Assembly (NCBI GenBank): GCA_017409875.1
Contig: JAFQRW010000006.1
Coordinates: 49,717 to 113,716, forward strand
Length of the DNA: 64,000 bases
From: Clostridia bacterium
GTDB taxonomy: Bacteria; Bacillota; Clostridia; RGIG6154
Reading direction: 5' to 3'
Shown here: piece after piece, positions 9,988 to 18,666 of the stretch
Numbering within the stretch: the stretch's first letter is position 1
How the letters are laid out: every line of letters begins with the position of its first letter
The notes under the pieces: generated by a model
What the model saw: only the letters and a program-made list of their open reading frames with translations
What the model was told of the DNA's origin: nothing
Database searches by the model: none
Translations under genes and position numbers: made by a program

Positions 9988-10156
9988 AATTTTCCCTCAC
10001 TTTCTTTTTAATTAGTATATTATAATTATTGAAAAAAAGCAAATTTTTTATTATAATAAAAAGGAAATGAAAAAAGAGGACAGAAATTATAACATTGTAA
10101 CAATTTCGTAATAATTACATAATTTATCGGATATATTAAAAATGGGAGGTAAAAAG

Positions 10157-11620
10157 ATGCGAAATATTATTTCAAATCAAGAAGACCCAAATATGGAAAA
10201 CGGCGGCGAAAATTCCAGCGTTGCTCAAGAGGTTAAAGTAAAAAAAACCCCGCGTAAAATTACAGTTTTAGCAGAGCACGCAGTTAATTATATAAAAGCA
10301 AATTCGGTAGCGGCAAAAAGCACGGCAATCGGTTTTTTTGTGTTTGCTGTCATTTTGACAATTATAGCAAATGTTCAGGTTGGATATGCTGTTGTTTTTA
10401 ACAACAAGACAATAGGGTATGTATCAGAAAAAGATGCAACGCTCGGCAAGATTGACGGTATTATAAAAGAACTTTCTGACAGTATTGAAGGAGAAAAAGA
10501 CATTGATATATCTGCTGACCTTGTTCCGTCATTTGCACCTGATTCAAGGTTTGTAAAAGAAGATGACATAGAGCAGATAATCAAAAGCGAGCTTTCATTT
10601 TATGAAGATGCAGCAGCAGTTTATATAGACGGCAAGTTTGCTTTTGCGGCAAAAGATGCAGACAGCGCAAAAGATTTTATTAAAAAATATCAGGACAAGG
10701 TTTGCGGAGACGGAACTATCCTTTCGGTAGAAAGTGAAAATGAGGTTACTTACAGACAGGAAAAGGTAGTATATACTGAAGTGTTAGACCTAGATGCTGC
10801 AATGTCAAGGCTTTCAGGAACCGACTCAAAAGAAGGTCTTTATGTTGTTAAAGAGGGAGACACGTTGTGGAGCATTGGTATTGATAACGATATGCCTACA
10901 GATTATCTTATGACACTTAATAATTTAGACAGTGAGGTAATACAAATCGGAAGTGTTTTAAGAGTCAAATATCCCGAGCCTATTATGGACATAAAAGTAG
11001 TAAAAGATATAACTTATACAGAGTATCATCCGTATGAAACAGAAAAAAGATATGATAAAAGCCTAAATGTAGGAACATACAGAACATATCAGAAAGGTTC
11101 AAACGGAGAAACAAGGATAAGAGCTACTGTCACCTATGTTAATAATAGCGAAGTAGAACGTGAAATAACAGAAAAAACTGTCATAAGCGAGCCGGTTAAT
11201 GAAATCCTTTTGGTAGGAACAAAACCCAAACCAAAAACTGCGGCAACAGGAAGGTTTGCAAAACCAATTTCGGGAGGTTATGTTTCATCTTCGTTTGGTA
11301 ACCGCAGCCGCGGATATCACACAGGAGTTGACTGGGCAGTATCATACGGAACACCTATTTACGCATCAGACGGCGGAACAGTTACCGCATCGGGCTGGAG
11401 CGGAGGCTATGGAAGAATGATTAAGATTAATCACGGCAACGGTTACGAGACATTGTATGCACATTGTTCAAAACTTGTGGTAAGCACAGGCAAAAAGGTT
11501 GCAAAAGGCCAGCTTATTGCCTATGTAGGAAGTACCGGAAACAGTACCGGCCCGCACCTTCATTTTGAAATTAGAAAGAACGGCGCATATTTAAATCCTA
11601 CTAAATATTGTGGTGAATAA
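10157..11620 (+). CDS. peptidoglycan DD-metalloendopeptidase (LysM + G5 + M23)
   Basis: LysM YVVKEGDTLWSI; G5 region; M23 HTGVD, YAH, GNSTGPHLHFE. Confidence 0.92.
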   Translation: MRNIISNQEDPNMENGGENSSVAQEVKVKKTPRKITVLAEHAVNYIKANSVAAKSTAIGFFVFAVILTIIANVQVGYAVVFNNKTIGYVSEKDATLGKIDGIIKELSDSIEGEKDIDISADLVPSFAPDSRFVKEDDIEQIIKSELSFYEDAAAVYIDGKFAFAAKDADSAKDFIKKYQDKVCGDGTILSVESENEVTYRQEKVVYTEVLDLDAAMSRLSGTDSKEGLYVVKEGDTLWSIGIDNDMPTDYLMTLNNLDSEVIQIGSVLRVKYPEPIMDIKVVKDITYTEYHPYETEKRYDKSLNVGTYRTYQKGSNGETRIRATVTYVNNSEVEREITEKTVISEPVNEILLVGTKPKPKTAATGRFAKPISGGYVSSSFGNRSRGYHTGVDWAVSYGTPIYASDGGTVTASGWSGGYGRMIKINHGNGYETLYAHCSKLVVSTGKKVAKGQLIAYVGSTGNSTGPHLHFEIRKNGAYLNPTKYCGE

Positions 11621-11626
11621 ATTTAA

Positions 11627-11667
11627 ATGCAGCCTCTCTTGTGTAGAGAGGTTGTATGTGCTTTTTT
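11627..11667 (+). terminator. hairpin/terminator after M23 gene
   Basis: ATGCAGCCTCTCT-tgtgt-AGAGAGGTTGTAT followed by T-rich tract. Confidence 0.6.
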
Positions 11668-11692
11668 GTCGATTTTTTTTAGAAAAAAACAC

Positions 11693-11721
11693 TTGATTTT
11701 GAGAAATATGTGTGATATAAT
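11693..11721 (+). promoter_or_regulatory. sigmaA promoter of the PqqD-SLH locus
   Basis: TTGATT-N17-TATAAT with extended -10 TG and upstream A tract. Confidence 0.75.
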
Positions 11722-11784
11722 TACCGTACATAGGTATAACTATGCACTTTTTTGCTTGCAAAATTATGTTTGGAAGGTGAACTG

Positions 11785-12048
11785 ATGCGTCTTAAAGATG
11801 GGTTTTTATTAAGAAAAGTAGCCGGCGAATATATTGTTGTTCCAACGGGGGACAGTATGGTTGACTTTAAGGCGATGATTTCTCTTAATGAAACCGGTGC
11901 ATTCCTTTGGGAGCAGCTTACTCAGGACAAAACAGAGCAGCAACTTTTACAGTTGCTTTTAAGTGAATATGACGTTGACGAAGAAACAGCAACTTTGGAT
12001 ATTACAGAGTTCTTAAATCTGCTGAAGGACAAGAATTTGTTGGTATGA
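11785..12048 (+). CDS. PqqD family protein / stand-alone RiPP recognition element (RRE)
   Basis: FLLRKVAGEYIVVP...ISLNETGAFLWEQL...LLSEYDVDEETATLDITEFLNLLKDKNLL; 87 aa from ATG after GGAAGGTGA. Confidence 0.92.
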   Translation: MRLKDGFLLRKVAGEYIVVPTGDSMVDFKAMISLNETGAFLWEQLTQDKTEQQLLQLLLSEYDVDEETATLDITEFLNLLKDKNLLV

Positions 12049-12497
12049 GTATAAAAAAAGTTTTAAGCACAAAAGAACTTATGCCTCTTATAAGCGACAT
12101 TTTGAAAACGGCTGAGCGTGTGCGTTTTACCGTCAAGGGAAACAGTATGTATCCCTTGCTCAGAGGCAGTCGTGATGAGGTTGAAGTTGTAAAGTGCGAC
12201 AGTATCGGTAAATATGACATTGTTCTTTACAAAAGAAAAGACGGGTCGTATGTTCTCCACAGAGTATTAAAAAAAGATAACGATACATTGTCAATCGCCG
12301 GTGACTTTGAACAGGAGCTTGAACATCCGGTTTATGAAAGTCAGGTAATTGCAAAGGTTGATAATATAATCAGAGACGGCATGAAAGTTATTTCCTGCAA
12401 AAGCAGTATGTATAAGCTGTATTGCGTTGTATGGTCTGCCGTAATCAAAAACAGACGTAAAATACTTAGAATACTTAGGAAACTGAGGAAATGGTGA
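12045..12497 (+). CDS. S24/S26 family peptidase (soluble, Ser/His type)
   Basis: FTVKGNSMYPLL (catalytic Ser), YDIVLY, YVLHRV (His), AGD; ATGA overlap with PqqD; no N-terminal TM. Confidence 0.85.
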   Translation: MSIKKVLSTKELMPLISDILKTAERVRFTVKGNSMYPLLRGSRDEVEVVKCDSIGKYDIVLYKRKDGSYVLHRVLKKDNDTLSIAGDFEQELEHPVYESQVIAKVDNIIRDGMKVISCKSSMYKLYCVVWSAVIKNRRKILRILRKLRKW

Positions 12498-14164
12498 ATT
12501 TGAAAAATAAAGATATCGCTAAGAAATGGTTTTTTAAGAATGTTAAAAGCTCTTTAAGCGGGGTATTTGTTCTTACTGTCATTTCAATTCTTATTAATGT
12601 ATTTGGCGTCGGCTTTGCAGTTTCTTCCCAGCGCGTTTTGGATGTTGCATCCAAAACTATTGGCGGAAGCTTAATCAAAGAAACAACCATATTGTTTTTA
12701 TTGATTGTTTTGCAACTTGTTTTGCAAATTATCCTCTCAAAATGCTATGTTAATGTGCAGGCAAAGGCGAGAATTAAAATAAAAACGGATTTATTCCACA
12801 GTGTTGTAAACAAAGACCTTACCGAAGTGAATTTTTATCACTCAGGCGAATTGGTCAACAGGCTTTCAAGCGATGTAAATGTTGTATCAAGTGCCGTGGT
12901 AGACATTATACCTACAGCACTTGCACTCGGCATTAGTGTTTGTTTAAGCTTTGCGGTGCTGTTTGCGTTTGATTCTGTATACGCAGTTATTTATCTGATA
13001 GTTGCGCCGCTTGCATTGCTGACTGCAAGGATTTTCAGAAAAAAGCTTAAAGTATTACACAAAGAGTCAGTTCAAACTGATGGTACTGTTAAATCCTTTA
13101 TGCAGGAATGCTTTAGAAATCTTCTGGTCATTAAGGCTTTTGAAAAACAAAAGCATGTGACCGACAAGTGTAATGCTTATCAACTTGCTAACTACAAGGT
13201 TTTGATAAAGAAAAATGATGTTAGTATTTTAGCAAACGTAATGTTCTTTTTGTCCATTACGGCGGGCTATTATCTGACACTTATATGGGGAGCATATAAG
13301 CTCTCTTTGGGACTTTTGACTATTGGTGAGATTGTTGCAATGCTTGAACTTGTTTCTCAGATTCAGTCTCCTTTAAAGTCACTGTCATCACTTTTCCCGC
13401 AATACTATTCGGCAGTTGCATCATCAGAAAGAATTTTGGAACTTGAAAATCTTCCCGATGAGAAGCACACGGAAAATCACAACAAAATAAGCGGTTTTTC
13501 TAAGATAGTTATTGACAATGTTTCATTTACATACGATGAAAAGCCTGTTTTTGACGGTGCTTCGTGTGAGATTGAAAAAGGTGACATCGTTGGAATTTAC
13601 GGCGAGTCGGGAATTGGGAAAAGCACACTCATTAAACTTATTTTAGGGGTGCTTAATGCCCAACAGGGTGAGATTTACATAGTTGACCAGGATGGTCAAA
13701 GAGTTTTGGTTGATACAGAAACCAGAAGCCTGTTTTCTTATGTGCCACAAGGTAACCTGATTTTATCCGGCACAATCGCAGAAAATGTGGCGTTTGGTTC
13801 TGACAACATAGATATAAAGCTGGTTGAACATTGCATCAAAGTGTCGCAGCTTGATGAAATGGTCAGTCAGTTGCCATTAAAGCTTGATACCGGTTTAGGT
13901 GAAGGCGGCCTAGGTCTTTCTGAAGGACAGGTACAGCGATTATCTATCGCAAGGGCATTGTATCGGAATTCTGAAGTCCTGTTGCTTGATGAAGCAACGT
14001 CGGCGCTGGATCGCGAGACCGAAATCAGGGTGTTGGAGGAAATAAAGAGGATGAATAAGACTTGTCTTTTCATAACTCATCGCAAGGAAGCACTTGGAGT
14101 TTGCAGCAAGCTTTTAAGTGTAAAAGGCGGAAAAGTTTCCATCGACAGGCAGGAAATTTTATAA
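12491..14164 (+). CDS. ABC exporter, fused permease/ATPase
   Basis: N-terminal TM domain, GESGIGKS, LSEGQVQR, LLLDEATSALD, ITHR. Confidence 0.92.
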   Translation: MVNLKNKDIAKKWFFKNVKSSLSGVFVLTVISILINVFGVGFAVSSQRVLDVASKTIGGSLIKETTILFLLIVLQLVLQIILSKCYVNVQAKARIKIKTDLFHSVVNKDLTEVNFYHSGELVNRLSSDVNVVSSAVVDIIPTALALGISVCLSFAVLFAFDSVYAVIYLIVAPLALLTARIFRKKLKVLHKESVQTDGTVKSFMQECFRNLLVIKAFEKQKHVTDKCNAYQLANYKVLIKKNDVSILANVMFFLSITAGYYLTLIWGAYKLSLGLLTIGEIVAMLELVSQIQSPLKSLSSLFPQYYSAVASSERILELENLPDEKHTENHNKISGFSKIVIDNVSFTYDEKPVFDGASCEIEKGDIVGIYGESGIGKSTLIKLILGVLNAQQGEIYIVDQDGQRVLVDTETRSLFSYVPQGNLILSGTIAENVAFGSDNIDIKLVEHCIKVSQLDEMVSQLPLKLDTGLGEGGLGLSEGQVQRLSIARALYRNSEVLLLDEATSALDRETEIRVLEEIKRMNKTCLFITHRKEALGVCSKLLSVKGGKVSIDRQEIL

Positions 14165-14186
14165 AGTTTGTTTGGGAGGAATAAAG

Positions 14187-15134
14187 ATGAAATGTAAGAG
14201 AATTATCAAAGTAGTAAGTGCGCTTGCATTAACCTTAGCTTTGTTAGTATCTTCTGGCGTTGTTTCATTTGCTGCATCATACACAACAACGACAAATTAT
14301 CTTAATCAAGGTACTATCGAAGTTACATCTAGAGCTTTCGGTTTAGATGAAGGCGACATGGCTACTTACGTTGCGTATAATGGCAACGGTTTCTCAGAAG
14401 CTAATGCAGTTTACATCGACCAGGCAACAGCAGATGATACCCGCATTGTTACTTTTACATATCAGGCAGATTCTGATGATGTAAAAGCAACAGTTAAGTT
14501 CGGCGGAAAAGGCACAACAGTAACACCTGACAAAGAAGGCTACGAAATTGCGGTAACTGTTAACGGAGAACTTTCTTCAACAGAAGTTGTTCCTACTGTA
14601 GATGCAGCTTACACATTCGAAGGCGACGAGGACTTTCTTGCAAGAGAAATTCCTGTTAGCTTAGTAGCAGGTCAGGCTGTTAATGCTGTTACATTTACAG
14701 CAGAAGGTGCTGCTGACGCTACAACTGTAGATGCTTGGTATGTTAAAGACGGCGCAATCGTTGTTTTAAGCAATGTTATCAGATCAAATGGTACATTAGC
14801 TATTACAACAGAAGAAGCAGAAGTTTCTGTTAGAATCGGCGACGTTGTAGCTGGAACTGGAAAAATCACAGCATTTGCTAAAGCAGTTTGTGCTGACGAT
14901 GCAGATTATGGCATTATCCTTGCAACAGAAGACGCTGACATTTCTACAACAGTTTCATTTGAAGAAGCTGGCGATTACACAACAGCAGTTAAATTACCTG
15001 CATTAGGTAAAGGTGCTGACGGTGGATTCTGTGTAGAAGTTGAAGATGATCAGCTTGTTGCAGGAACAAACTACAAAGTAGCTGCTTATGCAGTAGACAA
15101 AGTTACACCAACTAAGGTTGTAACTGCTCAGTAA
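14187..15134 (+). CDS. secreted acidic beta-rich hypothetical protein
   Basis: Sec signal MKCKRIIK...VVSFA|AS; codon use (GCT/GTT/ACA/TTC/ATC) resembles the ribosomal protein genes; GGAGGA RBS. Confidence 0.75.
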   Translation: MKCKRIIKVVSALALTLALLVSSGVVSFAASYTTTTNYLNQGTIEVTSRAFGLDEGDMATYVAYNGNGFSEANAVYIDQATADDTRIVTFTYQADSDDVKATVKFGGKGTTVTPDKEGYEIAVTVNGELSSTEVVPTVDAAYTFEGDEDFLAREIPVSLVAGQAVNAVTFTAEGAADATTVDAWYVKDGAIVVLSNVIRSNGTLAITTEEAEVSVRIGDVVAGTGKITAFAKAVCADDADYGIILATEDADISTTVSFEEAGDYTTAVKLPALGKGADGGFCVEVEDDQLVAGTNYKVAAYAVDKVTPTKVVTAQ

Positions 15135-15184
15135 TAAAAGCGACTGTATCATTTAACGATACAAATTCAGAAGGAGAATTTATC

Positions 15185-15346
15185 ATGAAAAAATATCAGA
15201 AACCTGTTTTAGAGGTTGTTGAATTAGCAGTTGCTGAAAATATTGCTGCATTAGTGCCGAAAACTATCTATAAAAGATCGGCAGGCTCTGCACTTGCTCA
15301 GAAAGGTTTGGAAACATACAAACTTCAGGGGGAGAGCTTAAGCTAA
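15185..15346 (+). CDS. 53-aa putative RiPP-like precursor peptide (below ORF-track cutoff)
   Basis: AAGGAG RBS; MKKYQKPVLEVVELAVAENIAALVPKTIYKRSAGSALAQKGLETYKLQGESLS; YxxPxL RRE-binding leader motif; inside PqqD/peptidase/ABC/kinase locus. Confidence 0.75.
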   Translation: MKKYQKPVLEVVELAVAENIAALVPKTIYKRSAGSALAQKGLETYKLQGESLS

Positions 15347-15394
15347 TTTTAGCACTGCAAATTAAATAAAAATTTGAGAGGATGTTCACTAAAT

Positions 15395-16270
15395 ATGCAA
15401 TATACTGTCGCAGGTTTTAATATTGATGTTATCAGTGAGCATCCTTCTTACATTTTTATGAGAATGAAGGATTACCAAAGCACTTTTTCGGGGGAAGCTG
15501 ACTTTACAATCAGGTGTAAAGAAGAAAAAAATATTGCTCTCCCCGACGGATTGGTGCATGTTGGTGAAAGAGTCGGAAGATGGCTTTGGTTTAAAAAAAA
15601 TGACGGCACGTTCGGTGCGTACATAAAATATACCGATATCCCAGAGATTGCGGCTTTAGTTGATTGGGATGAAAATTTTAAAAATATCAGTCTTTCGGTT
15701 TATGATGTTGAGCCCTTTGGCGGATTGCCAATAGCTCAAAGAATTTTTTATTTATTGGGCGATGTTTTTACATACTCGGTATTAAGCTTGGGCGCAGGAG
15801 TTTTTCATTCTTCTGCTATAAGCTATAAAGAAAAAGGGATTTTGTTTTCGGCACCGTCGGGAACAGGAAAATCTACCCATACATCGCTTTGGAAAGATGT
15901 ATTTAAAAAAGATGTATCAATCTTTAATGATGATACACCGATACTTAAGATAGAAAATAACGTATGTTTTGCTTACGGATCTCCGTGGAGCGGCAAAACT
16001 GCGATTAATAAAAATATAAAAGTTCCACTTAAGGCTATTGTAAGCCTTGACAGAGCGGAAAAGAATTCGGCAAAAAAACTTACAGGGTTAGATGCTTTTT
16101 ACAGAGTGTTCAACGAATTCAGAAAGCCTCCTGTAGGAACGCTTATGGAAAATTGTTTAACACTTATAGACGGCGTTTTGGAAAGAGTTCCGGTATTTGA
16201 ACTTTTGTGCAATAAAGAAAAAGACGCTGTCACTACAATATACAATGCTGTCGGATTTGACAGAGAATAA
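15395..16270 (+). CDS. HPr-kinase/PEPCK-like P-loop kinase
   Basis: FHSSAI...GILFSAPSGTGKSTH...W...NDDTP...YGSPWSGK; His, Walker A and DD motif of the HPrK-like fold. Confidence 0.8.
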   Translation: MQYTVAGFNIDVISEHPSYIFMRMKDYQSTFSGEADFTIRCKEEKNIALPDGLVHVGERVGRWLWFKKNDGTFGAYIKYTDIPEIAALVDWDENFKNISLSVYDVEPFGGLPIAQRIFYLLGDVFTYSVLSLGAGVFHSSAISYKEKGILFSAPSGTGKSTHTSLWKDVFKKDVSIFNDDTPILKIENNVCFAYGSPWSGKTAINKNIKVPLKAIVSLDRAEKNSAKKLTGLDAFYRVFNEFRKPPVGTLMENCLTLIDGVLERVPVFELLCNKEKDAVTTIYNAVGFDRE

Positions 16271-16288
16271 TTTAAAAGGATGAATACT

Positions 16289-17899
16289 ATGAAGAAAAAA
16301 CTGATTTTTAGCACATTTTTATGTGCAGTGATTTGTGTAAGCTTGATGCTTAGCGTTTTTGCAGTTTCATTTTCAGATTTAACGAGCAGCTACTGGGCTT
16401 ACAGCAACATTATTGAGTTAAGCTCAAAAGGTGTTATCAACGGATATAGCGATGGCACATTCCGTCCGGAAGCTCATGTTACAAGAGCTGAGTTTGTAAA
16501 GCTTATCGGAACAATTAATGTTACAAAAGGCGAGGACTTTGCAGACCTTCCAAAGAGCCACTGGGCATACAGCTACGTTATGAACTCAGGCGTTGATATG
16601 GACAGAAAGAATTTCCGTCCTGATGAAAATATCACCAGAGCAGAAGTTTTAGATATTTTATGGAACAGATACGGTATCAAAACTGATGCAAAGGTTCCTG
16701 GATTGATTGAAAATCAGCATAAAAATGTGGAAGCTGTCGCATGGGCATATTCATACGGACTTATGATTGGCGATGACGGTATAAACTTAAGGCTGGAAGA
16801 TGATTTGTCAAGAGCTGAGGCGGTTACACTAATATTACGCTCAAGAAAAGTTGATACTTCAAAACAAAAATTGCTTGCAGACAACGTAGATAGTATTGTT
16901 TTGGAAAACATTTTTAACAGGGCAATGCTTTTTGATAAAAAGTACAATGAAAATGATACAGTTACAGTTGGGGAGATTTCAAGGGCGGCATTAAGACTTG
17001 CATATCAGACACAGCAAATTCCTTACAATAAAGATTTGTACATAGGAGTTCCTGCTTTTGAAAGTGAATATGCAAACGATATTGCACACATGGCAAAACA
17101 GGTATTTGGTGAAGAAAATAACAATAAAGAATTTGCAGAAAGTAAAGCAAATCAGCAACAAGCTATAGCGGCACTTATGTATGGTTATATGTTTAAAGCA
17201 AACGAGTCACCTGTTATTGGAAGAATGGACGACTATTACAAGGATGCAACAGTTGAAAGAAGCAAAACCATGCTTAATATGCTTCTTACATATACAAACA
17301 GACGTGGCGTGTTTGCAAGTGCAGACGGACTTTTGCACAATGATAAAGCAATTACTCATAAAGAAATTGCATCACTTATTTTGCAGCTCGATAGCTTAAC
17401 AGGCTCACAAATCAGCTATTCAAATGGCAAAGAACAAGACGAAAAATTAAGCACAGATGCTTATCTTTATAAAGAAGCTGATAAAGATTTTGGTATTTTA
17501 TTAAAAGAACTTCCTGCGGTGGTTTATAAAACACCTATTGAAGGCTCTGCTTCAGAATTTACAGTATTTTCAAAAGATTTCTTTGAAATATTTACTACTC
17601 TCGCAGACGGTATTCAGGGAAAAGCAAAATCAAGAGCCACCGAGATTGTACTAAGAGTATATCCTACACTTATTTCAAATGCCGGCGACGAAGTTGTAAT
17701 GAGAACAAAGATTTATGTGGCTTCAAACCCTAAAGGATTAGGACTGGGTGAAATTATCGGTAAGTGTGATATGAACACTGATGTTGCAGCAAAAGAAGGG
17801 ACAACTTATATAATTGACATTTCAACAAACCAGCCACTTAATGATATGTACATAAACCCTGACGACGTGAGTTTAAGAAGACTTATTTGGAATGATTGA
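16289..17899 (+). CDS. S-layer homology (SLH) domain protein
   Basis: signal peptide; FSDLTSSYWA, GVINGYSDGTFRPEAHVTRAEF, FRPDENITRAE, LSRAEA. Confidence 0.88.
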   Translation: MKKKLIFSTFLCAVICVSLMLSVFAVSFSDLTSSYWAYSNIIELSSKGVINGYSDGTFRPEAHVTRAEFVKLIGTINVTKGEDFADLPKSHWAYSYVMNSGVDMDRKNFRPDENITRAEVLDILWNRYGIKTDAKVPGLIENQHKNVEAVAWAYSYGLMIGDDGINLRLEDDLSRAEAVTLILRSRKVDTSKQKLLADNVDSIVLENIFNRAMLFDKKYNENDTVTVGEISRAALRLAYQTQQIPYNKDLYIGVPAFESEYANDIAHMAKQVFGEENNNKEFAESKANQQQAIAALMYGYMFKANESPVIGRMDDYYKDATVERSKTMLNMLLTYTNRRGVFASADGLLHNDKAITHKEIASLILQLDSLTGSQISYSNGKEQDEKLSTDAYLYKEADKDFGILLKELPAVVYKTPIEGSASEFTVFSKDFFEIFTTLADGIQGKAKSRATEIVLRVYPTLISNAGDEVVMRTKIYVASNPKGLGLGEIIGKCDMNTDVAAKEGTTYIIDISTNQPLNDMYINPDDVSLRRLIWND

Positions 17900-17934
17900 T
17901 ATTTACACAATATACGGAAAGGATGAAATTTGAA

Positions 17935-18627
17935 ATGGAAGAAAGAGAAATAGATATTTGGGGTTTAGTTCAGGCAGTTCTTAAGAGATGGTGGCTTGTT
18001 GCTATTATTACTATTTTATCAGGTTCTATTAGTTTTGGGTATTCAAAGTTTGCAATTACACCTCTATATTCTGCAAGAGGCACACTGTATATAACAATTG
18101 ACAACACAGCTTCATCACATGGCGGCACAAGTCTTGATTACAATTCAATCTTGGCTGCTCAGGAGCTGACAAATACATACTCACTGATTCTTTCGAGCAA
18201 TACTTTTTATAAAATTGTTGCTGCAGAAAGCGGACTTAATTACAATTACAAAGAAATTTCAAGAATGGTTTCAATGAGCAATGAAAATGAAAGTGAAATT
18301 ATGAGCATAACTGCAACTTGTCCGAACAGGGAGCATGCGGCAATCATTGTTGAAACAATGTTAAATAACGCTCAGGCGGAAATTTCGAGAGTTGTTATTG
18401 GCGGAAGCGTTAGAATTATTGATCATCCAGAAATGCCTTTGACACGTTCTTATCCTAATGTAACGAAAAATGTATTTTTATGTTTGATATTAGGAGTGGT
18501 TTTGGGATGCGCACTTGCTATTTTAATTGAATGGCTTGACGACACAGTTAAGAATAGCGACGATGTTATGAAGTATGGTATCCCGGTGTTAGCAGAAATC
18601 CCGCTTTTGGAAGCAAAAAGCGAATAA
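17935..18627 (+). CDS. Wzz/CpsC (YveK-like) polysaccharide co-polymerase
   Basis: EREIDIWGL...KRWW, TPLYSA, two TM segments, DDTVKNSDDV..GIPVLAEIP. Confidence 0.88.
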   Translation: MEEREIDIWGLVQAVLKRWWLVAIITILSGSISFGYSKFAITPLYSARGTLYITIDNTASSHGGTSLDYNSILAAQELTNTYSLILSSNTFYKIVAAESGLNYNYKEISRMVSMSNENESEIMSITATCPNREHAAIIVETMLNNAQAEISRVVIGGSVRIIDHPEMPLTRSYPNVTKNVFLCLILGVVLGCALAILIEWLDDTVKNSDDVMKYGIPVLAEIPLLEAKSE

Positions 18628-18666
18628 TTGACATAACAAATAATTCAGAAAGGGTGAGAAAAAGGT

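Noticed and set aside
11785-16270. Canonical lasso peptide, PQQ or radical-SAM RiPP cluster
   Set aside because: No asparagine-synthetase-like cyclase, B2 protease, pqqBCE or radical SAM gene in the window; the peptide lacks the lasso Thr(-2) and ring Asp/Glu pattern
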